Part shown: positions 1 through 15,190 of the stretch, piece after piece | Numbering within the stretch: the first letter of the stretch is position 1 | How the letters are laid out: each line of letters starts with the position of its first letter | NCBI RefSeq assembly: GCF_041956535.1 | Contig: NW_027192209.1 | Span: forward strand, 322,092-386,091 | DNA length: 64,000 nucleotides | From: Calcarisporiella thermophila CBS 279.70 | Lineage: Eukaryota; Fungi; Calcarisporiellomycota | Direction: 5' to 3' | Program-made: the position numbers and the translations under genes | The notes under the pieces: generated by a model | What the model was told of the DNA's origin: nothing | The model's database searches: none | Seen by the model: only the letters and a program-made list of their open reading frames with translations

Positions 1-3000
1 CGTGTTTTCATGTCTAATATCCTCCAAAAATGAGGTCAGTTGAGATGCCCAAGGAATGCTAGTAATGCTTGCATGGGAAGCACGCAGAAGAGACGCATCG
101 AATGAGAGGCGTTTAAGTGATAGGCGCCTACTCAATGTTTTTCCATCATCATCCGTATATTGTATCTTTGCTTGCGATTGGCATTTAGATTCGCGGATAG
201 CGTTGGCAACCGCTTCGTCTTCATCCTCATCTTCATTCTCGGAATCTTCAAGTTTCAGGGATCGCAGTGCATCACACCCATCAGCTTCACTAAATTTGTG
301 CTCTGAATTGGGGGACGTATTTGATATCGAGGTAGACGAAGTTATATTTACAAGCTGAGCATTTGCTATCAGTGGCGACATATATTTGACCAATACTATA
401 GCTGCCAATTCCTGCAATAATATAAAAAAATTGTACGAATAAGTTTTTTTCTCCAATAGGAAATGCGGCCTTACCTTACAAAATTCCTGTAGTACTACAT
501 ATGCGTTACAAAAATTAGTGATCCAAGTTACTTTCGCCTTTCGTAGTACTTCTAAATCATCCTCGCGCCTTGAGAGTGAGTGGATAGACGAGGGCGATGG
601 CAGCGAAGTTAATATCTTCTCATGGAATGTTGAATTTGGTGATGAAAGCGATGGTGATACAATATGAATGGGAGAAGGAGAATTAGAATCAGGAGAGGCA
701 ATTTTTTCACTAGGATTGGGTGAAGAAGACATGGAGTTGCTAGCGCTGACTATAGATGAGGTGGTAAAGCCTTTTCTCCTAGCAAATGCAACACGCGTTT
801 CGAAATATTCTACAGAAGAAGCCTCTACCTGACATTTGTGTGAAATCTTCCTCAATATGTCTAATAGGCATCGCTGCTGTTTTGTAATATTATCGGTTGC
901 CTTTGCACCAAATATGAGAATGTCAATCCTCGAGTCTGGTAGCCCTGCCAGTTTGCTTAACACACTTGTCAGTGCTAAATTGCGCTCAAGTGAATTCGTC
1001 ATCATGAATTCAGTCTGTCTAAACAACGCTCTCAATAGACTTGTGTCTGTTCCTTTACACCTAGTGGTGGCTGAATTAACTGGTTCAAATGGTCTTGTCC
1101 ACCTGGCACATGCTAACATTGCAAATTGATGCCTTTCCTGTGCATCATTTATATAACTCTCATAATGAATATTCTCCTCATTCGCCAATAATGTTGAGCC
1201 AGCATTTTGATTATTGGATTTAGGGATTTCCGTTGTAGATGCCTCCTGCTTCTGGATAACCTCTTCTGCGCACGGTATTATCTCCAATGCTCTAAAGTTA
1301 AACAGTGAATAATTTTACGTATGAATATCTTATATAGAAATTTGTACCTTTCTATTAAATCTCGAATTTCTTGTAAATCTCTAGGTGATTCCTTTAAACC
1401 TTCTAAATGTTCAGTTTCAAACTCACGAAATACAAGATGGTGCAACGCATATTGATCATAAGTATCTAAAATTGCCCCTAATAATCTCAGGTTTGCAATG
1501 CATAGCTACGGTAATATACTTTTAATGCAGCCGAAATATTCTATGGGTTTCATCGCAATCATACCCTGTCATTTGGCGATTCGATTCTATCTATCAAAAT
1601 CTCCCTAAGCCAATTTGAAGCTTGTTTTTTGTCTGAACGCTCTCCCCTCCGCTCCATTTTAGAAAAAAGGGTAAATAAGATAGCTTTGAGAAGAGAAGGA
1701 TCGGAAAGCATTCGTATCATATCCGTCAGGTATTCAGTGGTTATTACAGCCGTATCATCAGAGCTAGCCATATGAAAATAACTTGGTTAAACATTGTAGC
1801 TTTAAAATTCTACACCACAAATTTAATTACTCTGATTGTATGCCAGCGGATATCCAAGGAAGAAACTGGGATATTAGTCTCTCTATCAAATAGTTGTTGA
1901 GCTCCTAGAAAAATGTTATATATTACGTTTGGGAATTCTATAAATATAGCTAAGCTTACCTTGTATCCAGTAGCTGATATCTCATTTACAAACTCCCAAA
2001 ACTTGAAAAACTCCTCCACTACCACAGATGTTTCTAATAACTTGCGCCCAAATAGTGCAACCATGCTTGCAGCTCGTTTATTTGTTGCGCGGCGAGCAGC
2101 TTCATATGCACTCGGATGTGCAGTTAACAATATTTGATCAGTGATGGAAATTTGATTGGAGAATGTGGGGATAAGAAGGTTGAAAATAAACGATAACCGT
2201 ATTGCCTGGATTTCAAGAGAAAAATTATTTAGATACGAAATTAGTATAATTATACAATAGCTTACTATGATGTTGCATAAATCTGAGGGATTTAGGATAA
2301 AATCTAACATCTTGCTGTGGATGTCCATCAGTCGCAAACCGTAAAGTATGGCTTCACGCGCCATTCTTCCTGGTGACCCAAGCATATTCATGTATGTGAA
2401 CAAGATAGAAAAGAGATGGAACTGTGACTATATTGCTTTGTGGTCAAATTCAAATTCTCATGGTAAAATACAAATATCATGAAAAACTTTACCTCTGCTG
2501 ACACAGTATTCTTTTCTCCTTTGATATTATTTATCTCAATTGGAATTGGTGTTTGTGGCTGAAAGAAAAGTTCAATCAATGCAGCGTTACTCATTAGCCG
2601 TTTAAAAATTGTGTGTATGAGACGTATAAGTTCCATTTTAAGCTCTGGTAAACGATTCGCATTATCTGAAGGGTCGCCGTGGCAAATTGCAATTAATTTT
2701 TGGAGAGGAACGCGTACACCCACTTCGGGTAAAAGATGCGTATGCACATTGCTAATCAGCTGCGAGTGAGCGCGTAGAACTGCAACACGCATACCTTTGG
2801 GAAGCTAGGATGAATTCAAAATTTAAACTTGTATTCTTATATGATTACCACGTAAATCACCATAAACTCACATCCAGTTTTGCAAAAGTGACAAGATCTT
2901 CGAGTATTGAATGTTCCAACATATATTCTAGGCATGGGCCTGTCGCCATATCTGTCTCAAGGGCTTCTTCAGACACAATTCGTACTATGGTTTCAAGAAG

Positions 3001-3180
3001 CTGTGGAATCGGCGTGGTATTTACATGTTCCGCACCGAGAGCGCGTTTTTCAGCAGCTGCCTCTTCATATATTCGACGAAGACTAGTCCAAGCTTCGCGT
3101 AGAGCCTCATGATGAGAGCGCGTTTGCGGAGCAAATGCTTCCATAACGCGTGAAAGAAAGCTTGGAGGCATGCTGTACAT
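1..3180 (-). CDS. FHF complex subunit / Hook-interacting protein (FAM160/RAI16-like, FhipA), multi-exon; 3' end runs off the window
   Basis: Exons include 'GPCLEYMLEHSILEDLVTFAKLD', 'GRMAREAILY' and the C-terminal 'NAYVVLQEFCK|ELAAIVLVK' typical of FHIP proteins; short GT-AG introns. Confidence 0.8.
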
Positions 3181-3569
3181 AAAAATAAAAGATAAGAAAC
3201 TGTATAAAAATGCTATCTAATGATCCAGCAGGGTAAAGAAAGAAAGTATTATTAATAAAAGTAAAAATTCTCAACTCTATATATTATATGCGCTAATGAA
3301 TGAGCATCTTGTGTAGAGTATTGAAAAAGAAAAAATGAAAATTATGGAAAATATAACACGTCACATAAATACTAATGAAGGTTGGATTAAATGGCTCAGC
3401 ATTAGTATAAGAATCTACAATCTTTATATCTTAGTACAGAATACCAGTCATTAGATAATGGTCAGGGAAATACGTCCCTAGAGATATCATATCAAATGGA
3501 TATAAATAACTATAAAAAAAGCAAAAACGAAAAATGTACAGGGTTTACAGAGAGCATTTTTTTTCTAAA

Positions 3570-4949
3570 TTAAGCCCTCGAGCTTGATGCTTCCCCGTAT
3601 GTTATTAGTCTACTTGAGGATATTAGTGGCTCTGTACTATCCGAATCCTGTATATCCACCATAGGACCGAGTAGCAGTAATGGGAAACAGCAACCCGTGC
3701 AGCAACATATTAGCCCTAGCACGATAAACATAGGGATAAATACAATTGCTAGAGGAACTGATCCACCATCTAGGAAACTAGTGAGAAGCCAAATCGTTGT
3801 ATAAAATAACGATCCACCCATGCCGAACATAACTGCCAGAATGACAATTGCGGTTTTGCCTTGTATCGCCATTTCTTGCGGTAAATATCTCAATTTGATA
3901 TACAAGAATGCGATCCCTAATACTAGCTTCAGACCCCAGATATAAAGTGGAATAAATACGATCCCCCATGAGCATAAGATAAAATTATCTATTCGCAGCG
4001 TAATAAGAATGCTTTGAACTACTCGAAGCGCCCATGCATCAAATGTATTCCATAAGAATAGCAGCTTCACTCCAATTCCAAAACTTGGATATTCTTCATC
4101 TGTTCCAGACATTCGTTCTTGTTGCTCATGCGAATCCAACACTCGTATTGCAAACAAATAGCTGGCTAATTTGTTCAGAAACAAAATCCCCTCTAGAACA
4201 AAATAAGGAGAAAGCACTAACGCCGTTGGCCAATCGATAACATTATCTGCTCTTAACGCGATAAATATGGCAAGAAAGCAAAAAAGTAGAAAATAAATAG
4301 GGATCGTATAATTGCGCACAAAACTCGCACGTCTCTTAGATTTATCGCCCATTCCTCTTCGAAATTGCCCATCCGTATCAGATGACGATTCTTCCAGTGA
4401 TTCTTCTTCTTCTTCCACTTCCGCTTCATCACTCTCCAACCATAATTTAAGAGTGCTAGGAAAAATAACTATCGCAATAACCGCAATGAAAATCCAAACT
4501 GGGACGAAAACTGTCGTCCAATTCCATCTCACGCTTCCATCGACTTTGGTTACCACAAATACAAGGAATAATATCCCGAGTATGATGAAAAACGTAAAGA
4601 TGATGGATATTGCGCAAAACATGCTCTCAAATTCAGGATCAAATAGGGGAAGAGAGCCTAGCATATTAACTCCCATTTCACCATATTTATCAAATATACG
4701 CCTTTTTTTATTATCGCCAAGTATCTCATATGCATGGTTTATTGCCTTGAACTATAATAATTCAGAAATCTTGAATTGATAAAAGAGAATTTCTCTTATT
4801 TAAATTCAACTAACCTGCTCTCCTGCGCCAGGATTTTTATCTGGATGATATAGTAGAGCAAGTCTCCTGTATGCTCGCTTTATTTCATCTGAAGAAGAAG
4901 TCTTTGGCACGCCTAGTACTTCATAGAGATGGGTTGTATTGCGTTCCAT
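3570..4949 (-). CDS. J-domain (DnaJ) protein fused to a TMEM185/TMEM60 (Fragile-X-F)-like multipass membrane region with a Cys-rich motif
   Basis: Exon 1 from ATG 4949: [41 protein letters not shown] (HPD motif); intron 4752-4814; then [11 protein letters not shown]..., repeated '[18 protein letters not shown] / [18 protein letters not shown] / [18 protein letters not shown]' units and [11 protein letters not shown]. Confidence 0.85.
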
Positions 4950-5886
4950 GAGTGTTTAGAATATATTAATCTTATCGTTCTTTAAATTTTAAGCATGTGG
5001 CGTAGTTGACATAGAATCCCCTCCACTAGATTATGAAATTTGAGGCAATTCAGTTGAATTGGAGAAATGCTGCTTTATCATTGCAACCTTGCTTTGATAT
5101 TTAAAGCCACACCTATTTTCCTCAAAAAAAGTTAGATACCAAATATAAAAGTTAATTTGTGCACAACACTAGTTATTAGATCCCCAGCTATTCCAAAGAA
5201 ATACGTGATCAATAGCCCATTTAGTGCCTTCTTGTATGTAGATAACTCCTTTACTACCTCAAATATTTTGAGGGCGGGGATCTTACGCGTCATTTTTCCA
5301 TCTTAAATGCCGTAACTGCAATAGTGGAACATCTGAATTGTTCGAAAGGTCGTCTCTTTGCCGGCTATATCAATAGCTTAGCTGCAATCCCTACCGCCCT
5401 GATTTGAATAGGTGTATTACCTACGCTCTATAATTAAGCTTTTTCATTATTATTTGCAGCAAGATAATTTTTTGCCTAAGCACTTCAAATATCATAGTTG
5501 GAAATCTTATTTCGGATGATGCTTCAGTGTTTCTGGGCTTGCAAAATGCCGTGGTTTCCATCATGATCTTGTCGAGGCATGCGCCCGAACGCCTTCATGG
5601 TAATGACGGGTTCTGCTTGTAATTGTTGCATCATTTCGATAATATAAAATACATTCATTAATCAGTTTTCATCTGTGTCAAATCCATAGATTTAACTTCC
5701 TTTTTTGATCGAAATTCATGTTACACCGGATCCTACTTTGTGTCTATTTCTTCTAATAATTAGTTCATTTTTGTATTCTTTTTTGTTCTTGACTTGTTAT
5801 TAAACGTGTTGATTATTTTTGGTATCATTTTGATTTCTCCTGAGCTTTACAAATCATATTTTACACCGATTTTATTTGCGCCTCGA

Positions 5887-8045
5887 ATGACCACGTTAAC
5901 AGTAGGGCAAATAGCCCATCAGCTTGGGAAAGAATACCAATTGTCTGGAGGATCGAGCCCTAATTCTCTGCATTCGCCACTTTATCGCAGTAACAGCAAT
6001 CCCAAGGCAGATCCTAAAGTCCTGCGGCCGGACCGCAAGGATTCTCTTGATAGCTCGAGCTCCGTTCGCAAAAATAATTTGTTGTTCAAATCTTCGCTTG
6101 CTAACTTTCAGCAAAAAGTAAAAGTCAAATCACCTCCCCCTCGACCTGTGCGTCCGGCTGGAGAAAGCCCACTTGACGGCATATTGGCTAACGGCAAATC
6201 GCTTGAAAACACAGATTCAATAAGAAAAAACCCCGGTGCTCGTGTGGCATTTAAAGAGACTCCAGATTCCGTGTCTCCCGATGCAACTTCCCCGAAAACG
6301 GTGACAATTATTTCACCAAACTCATCAGCCCATAATGATGAGAGCTCAGAGTATGATGACAATTTTGACATAACAGAAAGCTATGTAACTACATCTCCTG
6401 TGGCATCTACGGCCGCATATAGCCAGAACCTTTCTCCTAACGCAGCAAAACGCTGGTCCATTGCATCACCAACTATTGTTTCCCCCGGCTTTGCGCCTTA
6501 TCCTCGTGAACTTTCCGTGAGCCCACCACCAGGAGAGCGTATCAACAATCTTGAGAGAAGAAGGCACTCAGCAGATGCAGAAAAGACTTCGCTTGGGTCA
6601 TTGTCGCCGACTACAGATTCTGAAACCATTGAGGAAGCAAAAGCTAAACTATCTGCTTACCAGAAACCGGACGTAGGCGTGTTAAAGACGATCCCTAAAA
6701 TGAAGATCCCTGCTACATCCGTTACTGTAAGCAAGGAAAACGACACTAAAAAGAGTATAGATGAGGAGAAAAGAAGCACCTCAGGTGTCTTAAAGACTGT
6801 TCCTGAAGAGGGGTTAAAGCCAAGGCAGGCTTACGAAAGATTGGATTCAAAGACACTTCACCCTATTATTAGCAACGCAGTTTCTGATTCAAGAGAATTC
6901 ACGCTGCTCTCAACCGAGGAGGCAGAGAAGTGCAAAATTGTATGTGAATTTCTATTATTAATGCAGTCGATATTATTAACATTTTTACATAATAGAATAT
7001 GGCTAATATTAAAGAGCATATTGGATGGCTTCTCTCCTGTCGTAATTCCGGTAAAAACAGTGAGAAAATCATGAACGAAGTTTGGCAATCAAGTGCAATG
7101 TTCGTTGAGGCACAGAGAAAATGGTTTGAGCACACCGCAGGGGCACTCAATGTCGGCATGCGCAAACTTGATGAAACGAGCCGGCGCATGCTGGACAAAT
7201 CACGAGAAGTACAACAAAAATATGCTGAGCAGCAGACAGAGCTTGAGTTTTTGAAAAAGCGTGTGAAAGAACTTGAGTCGATGAATGAACTACGACGCGG
7301 GCTTGCTTTGGCAATAGTAGCAGAGGACGGAACTCTGATTCAAGGAGCTATTCAAGATGCACGCAAATTCCTCGATTCCAGAGACGAGAATGAGCGAGCA
7401 AACACTTTCGAGCCTCTTGTGCAAGACCTTGTTACGGAATTGATGCGCTGTCTAACCGATCTTGGTGAAATGCGAAGGGTAGAAAAGCTGGCGATGGAAC
7501 GGATCCAGGCTATGGAAAGTATTATTGAAAAAATCGCGCCATCTCATGTAGCGTTGCAGGAAAAGAAATTAAGAACCCCTGCATTAACTTCAGCGGAAGA
7601 GTCAAGCCTGTTGGAAGGGTTAGATGAATTACATGGCAGGCTCGAGTATATTCCGGAATATATCGTGAAATCATCTTCCACATCTTCAGTCCCAGCTCAA
7701 ACTACAAATCAATCGCAAAAGGTACAAAAAGAGCGCCCAGTAGAAGGAAATAAGCGCACTGGGGGGAAGACAGGCCGTAAGGAAAAGCCGCCTCGACTTT
7801 TTCTGAATAAGAACAATCACTATCCAAATGGGCAGCCCAGTTCTAGTGACCAAGAGCAAAAACAAACTGGAGTCTCGAAGCAAGTTCAGCAAGTCGAGAA
7901 CGCTTCTTCCCAAAAGAAAGTATATGAAGCCACGATCCATGCACTGAATGCAGAGTGCAATGGCCTTACGTCTAAGAATGAACAGTTACGCGGAGCTGTA
8001 TCAGATCTCTTAAAAATGATGGAAAATAATTCAGAGCAGGGCTAA
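5887..8045 (+). CDS. Ser/Pro-rich plus coiled-coil protein, possible Up-regulated-during-septation (Uds1)-like domain
   Basis: Two long ORFs joined in frame by GT-AG intron 6940-6995; 'AVSDSREFTLLSTEEAEKCKINMANIKEHI' resembles the start of the Uds1 domain (recalled similarity only). Confidence 0.6.
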
Positions 8046-8342
8046 TAATAAGTATTGGTAAAGGGAGTGAAAAGTTCAACCTTTATCTCTAATTATATAT
8101 ATCGATTCGTTTACAAAATAATAGTTATCTCTTAGTTGGGATGCTATTATCTTCTACTTTATTTAAATTAAATGAAATATAACCCAGTAGGTCTGTTGAG
8201 CCATTCACATGTATTATATCTAAATGCTCTTTGTATCGATTTCGCTTCCCCTCACTTTTCGTTTCTTTTTTTTTTTCTTTTATGAATGTACAAATCGAAT
8301 AAGTCTATCCTACTTTATACCAACCAATATGAATTGACATCT

Positions 8343-9361
8343 TTAAACATCTTTAACGCCGCTTCCGATTATAAACCGTAGCAAGTTATCATGAAAGAAC
8401 CAAGCGGTTTGACCAAGCCAATAAAGCATATATGCGGCAAATAGTTTCAACCTGGGATGTCTTCTGATGAGGACATAAATGAAAAGGAGTAGAATGGCAG
8501 GTAAAAGTGCCGGTAAAAGAAAATATCGCCCGATGCGTGTGCGGAGGGGAAGATTGGTGCCATATGGTCTAAGGGATTCTAAGTGTTTGATATAGGATGG
8601 ATCTAGTCCATGCTCGCGTGCACCCTCACGCAAGATATTTAGGTATCGAATTGAGGGTTGAAGGTTGGGCCTGGTTGCACGCTTACCACCGATAAGCGTC
8701 AATGCACTGATCGTTTTTAGGCCATTATCCAAAACTCGATTAGAAGATAGTTTGGTTACAGAGTCATTATGAATAGGAGCATATTGTCGGCACTCGATTT
8801 CAATAACCAGGTATCCAGTGTCACTACCGCTCCCAGCCCCCCCTTCTGTTTCCAGGACTCGCAAGAATTGACGCTTTGTAAGCTTATGCAGTACTCCGTG
8901 GAGTGTTGGTGGAAGTTTAGGGTGGGCCTCATCCCAATAAAATGGAGCATTGCACATCGTGCGGTTGTGAATATTTTCTGCCTCCTCTCGCGTCACACGC
9001 TTAGTTGGGTCACTAAGGCGGATAACGGAAGCAAAACATGGTTCGACATAAGGTAAACCTGCATAATCAAAAGAAAGAAAGTATCCATCGGCGACACACG
9101 GGATAGATTCTGCAGGTATTATTTTTCGTCGCCCAGTCAGTACGGCACTATTCATATTTGAACCATATGCTGTTCGAGTTAAGAGGAAATCAGAATTGAG
9201 TAAAAGCAAATATACAAATTACGCTTACCCAAATACCATACATGTTCTTCCCTTTCATTGTCAGAAAGTTCCTTATTGCTAGTGGGCGGAAGAGCACTTG
9301 CAGCAAGTTCTGCATTAAATATTAAATCAGAAGAATCATCTTGAATGGAGCGATCTCTCAT
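8343..9361 (-). CDS. Gamma-glutamylcyclotransferase-like (GliK/AIG2-like) protein with C-terminal hydrophobic segment
   Basis: Spliced motif VWYL|AYGSNM, then 'GLPYVEPCFASV', 'LHGVLHKLT...ETEGG' and 'PSIRYLNILREGAREHGL'. Confidence 0.8.
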
Positions 9362-9694
9362 GATATAAGTACTTCGTTATATAATACAATTCGTATATTT
9401 TAACTACTGGAATATTTTCATGTCCTTTAATATATATGTTAGGATTTGTTGGTCAAGGAACTTTCTGTAAGTTCCTCGACACGTAATATGGCCAGAATAT
9501 CCTGTTACGTAGTCAAGGGGCTAAGGGTCATCGGTATCAATTCAACCGAAACAAAGAGCTATAAAGTATCGATAAGCCATAGGCTAGCCCTTAATCGTTT
9601 GCCTAGCCATCGGGTAAATAGTATATGAAATAAAATTTATTTCTGAGGAAATTGTGATTAAATAATCATCCAAGCTTACTATACGAGAATACAG

Positions 9695-12600
9695 TTATTT
9701 CTCGCCAGAGCGTAATCCTCCTATGAAATCGTAGAATGCACTTTGTGGAAGCTCTACGTTTGCTGGAATAAATGGATAAGACTGAGAACCCGAAAAAGTT
9801 AATTTAAAATTATGGTAGCATACCTATACTCTTCATCTTTTTCTTTCCTTCCTTTTGCTTATTCAGCAGCTTCATCTTCCGAGTAATGTCACCTCCATAC
9901 TATTAAAGGATCCCGTTTAGCGTTTTTGTGAATCAAAAGTGTAATTAACAAACCTACACATTTTGCAGTGACGTTTTTTCGCATTGCAGGTATACTTAGT
10001 CAAGAAGTCAAGAGTTAAAATAGGTTCAGTATTCGTGGAATTTACTAGTACTAATTGAAACTCACGTCTCACGAGCGATAATCTTACTTCCCACTGCAGT
10101 TTGAATAACAACTTCATAGAGCTGCCTTTGTATTACTCGCTTGAGTCGCTTGGCCCAGTCACGACCAACGCGATCTACTTGTGAACGATGTAGAATCGCA
10201 GCAAGTGCGTCGACTGGTTTCGAGTTTAATAGCACGTTCATCTGAGAGATTATATTGATAAATTGTAAAATGAATAAGATGAGATTGTATTTGATTATAT
10301 TACTTTGCAAAGATCGGACGAATCATATCCTGCCTCCTCATAATCAAAACTATTATAAAATATCTTTTATAGGGCATGATAGAATTCCGTCGAATTCAAT
10401 AAACATACCTAGCATAACCTGAAGTTCGCGACTTAAGTTCATCATAAAAGTCAGTGACGACTTCGGCAAGAGGTAGACGGTATTGTAGAATGACACGTGA
10501 GTCATCGAGATAAGTGAGTTCTTCCTGAATACCGCGTTTTGCCTGAAATTTTGGTGAAATCAGGGATGAATAAGTTGTTATTGAATTAAGAGAAAATGGG
10601 AGATGCCTACCTCACAAAGCTCGATCATACTGCCCAGATAGGTCTAAACAATCAGAAAGCTTTTGATTTAGGTAATTGTTATATGCTTTCTGAGAGGACC
10701 CAATTACCTCTGGCGCTATCATTGTTCCACGGACCATTGGTTCTTGGTATTCTTGCACCTTTACGTGTTGATCGGGATCAGGAAAATCAGATGGATTTTG
10801 CACCAAATTCTCTGTGCCATTACGATACAGAACTTTAAAGGGAACAGTTGGTTGCGTTACAATCACATTTGCTTCGTATTCCTGTATTGACAGGTGAGTT
10901 AAACGCACGGAATAGAAGAATAAGATGCATAGGATTCCAACCTCTTCAAGTCGCTGTCGGAAAACATCCATATGTAATGTACCCAAAAACCCTAGACGCC
11001 ATCCTTGTCCCAAAGCATTGCTATCATGAGAATAAATGAAAAACGTTTCATGCTTAAGTCACAAAAAACTCTAACCTGGTCTCTTTTTGAACAGAAACGC
11101 TGGCGTCATTAAGAGTAAGTTTTTCTATAGACTCCTCGAGTTTCGTAAAATCATTAGTATCCACAGGAAAGATACCAGCAAATACCTATTATAGGGTTGA
11201 TTATATTTGGCCTATTAATTAGTTATTCAAATTTAGGAATTACCATAGATTTTGCTGGTTCAAACCCAGGAAGAGGTTCAACTGGTTGCTTGATATGGTA
11301 AAAGGTATCACCGATATGTGCTTCCGTCGCCACTTTCATATTACAAATGATATATCCAACCTGTCCTGCATGCCTATTGACAGAAAAAGGCATCTATTAA
11401 TGTCAAAGTATTACAAGTATTATGTTTATGTTCATTACGTACAAGTAACCAGTATTGTACATATCAGGGTGCATAATTCCCACTTCTGTAACTTCATACT
11501 TTTGTTGCGAGTATGCTGAAATGATTCTATCACCTTCAAAATTAAAATTGATATTAGTATATTTGAAAGATAGCGTATGCCATCTAAAGCGTAACTTACC
11601 TTTTCGGATTGTGCCATCCACAATTGCCATCATGCAAATCACCCCCACATACGTGTCATACCAAGAATCGAAAAGCAGAGCTTTGAGAGGCTTATCAATA
11701 TGTCCTGGAGGGCTAAAAAAAAACGATTAATAGCTTTCTGGTTGATAGTATCTGGAAAAAAGAATACCTGGGAAATGATTCGATTACAGCGGGTAATACT
11801 TGATCAATATTTAGACCAGATTTTGCAGATATCTTAACACGTCAAAAATTAGTATCACTTGATCACTAGTATCAATATACGAGCTAATAGAATATTACTT
11901 TGATACAGCTTGACATATCTAACTCAAAAGTGTTCTCTATTTGCTTTACAACTCTATCAGGATCAGCAGCTGGAAGGTCGACCTATTGCTTGAAATCTCA
12001 ATAAAAGGTCGAGCAGAAGTCAATCAGAAATTAACAATCAACCTTATTAATAACAGGAAGAATAGATAAACCCTCTCCAAATGCTAAATAAAAATTGGCT
12101 ACTGTTTGTGCCTGGATTCCTATGTGCAATAGATGTAAATAGAGTCCCTAGACAAAAGGAACCAACCATGCATATACCTTGTGCTGCATCAACAAGGAGT
12201 AGCGTTCCCTGACAAGCTGCCAAAGAACGTTTTATCTCATAGCTAAAATCAACATGCCCCTGCAGAGAAGCCATTACTAGTTGAAAATATGCGAAATAAA
12301 ATAAAAAAGACTTACTGGAGTATCAATCAAATTAATTAAATAATCTTTATCTTTATAGCGGTAGAACATGGACACAGTCTAGCAAGGGCATAAGTAAACG
12401 TGGAATTATAAAAATAATATTGTGGGTTGGATGGCTTACTTGCGCTTTAACTGTGATTCCACGCTCTCTTTCTACTTTTAATTTATCTAATACTTGCTTA
12501 TTTTCAGCACGCGAAGAAATAGTCCCAGTTAACTCTAATAATCTATTTTAAATACAGAACGTAAATAATCGGAGAAAAATGCAAATAGAATAAAAATGCT

Positions 12601-12982
12601 TGAAACTTCATACCTATCTGCCAGCGTACTCTTTCCATGGTCAATATGCGCGATAATGCTGAAATTTCGAATACGATCCGCCTCAAAATGTGATAAATCT
12701 AAAGTATCTTCACGAGTTTTTTTCGTAATAGAGCGATCTTGAGCCTATAATGCGTATAACCAGAGTGTATCGAATAAAACAATGCTCATAAGCAATGTCA
12801 TTCTAGTGATTTTGCTCTACCTTCCCTGAATTCCACCTTTTGGCTGAGCTTGATAAGGTCAAGACCATGGGCCTCTTAAATAATTGCGAATGAATCGAAG
12901 TATATCCAAGTTCACAATATAGACATAAACCTGGTTGTCTGATGACACTGTGCATTCGCCATGCCAGGTTGGTGAGGGCCAT
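9695..12982 (-). CDS. GUF1: Mitochondrial translation factor GUF1 (LepA/EF-4), many short introns
   Basis: N-terminal targeting-like sequence, [52 protein letters not shown]-terminal [11 protein letters not shown]. Confidence 0.95.
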
Positions 12983-13307
12983 TGCCTAGTGCCAGAATTA
13001 TGTAAGTGTTTAAATTTCTATCTCGATAATACAATATTCAGGTAAATGTGACTGCTTTCTACTGCGACTTGTTTGTGGTGCTCAAATGAAATTTTCTGAT
13101 AATTGATTGGCGAGAGAAAGGTATTTAGCTCGTTTAATTTTGGGGAAAATTCATTTCTTCTTTATTCCCTTTTTTTTTCAGGCTGTTCTCCCTAACTCGA
13201 ACATCTCCCTGAATAACACCCCCTTTCTGCTGCATTATTATATTTCTCCATCTGCGTTTTAATCTTAATTTCTTTTCTGCTGTTTCTCGCGAAAACTAAA
13301 TTCAGAT

Positions 13308-14875
<1,568 letters not shown>

Positions 14876-15190
14876 ATCCTAAATGAATTTTCAGCCCATA
14901 GTGTAATCAGAAATATATGTCCCAATCAGTTTTCGAGCATCTATGCCAATATTAGTAAGAAATAAATAAGGATTTCCTATGCAAAGCTGAAGCTCGAATA
15001 TATATAGTTGAAATGGGCAAGCATTCGAGTGAATTCACACAAAGTGGATATGTTTAATAAATAAGAATATATTATTATTAGGCAACATTAGAAATCATGA
15101 GAAAAAAATTAACAATGAAAAACTATGATAACAAGTAATAGTTTAATATTCTACGCCAGACTTTTTTATTGAATATCGATCCACCTGTAT

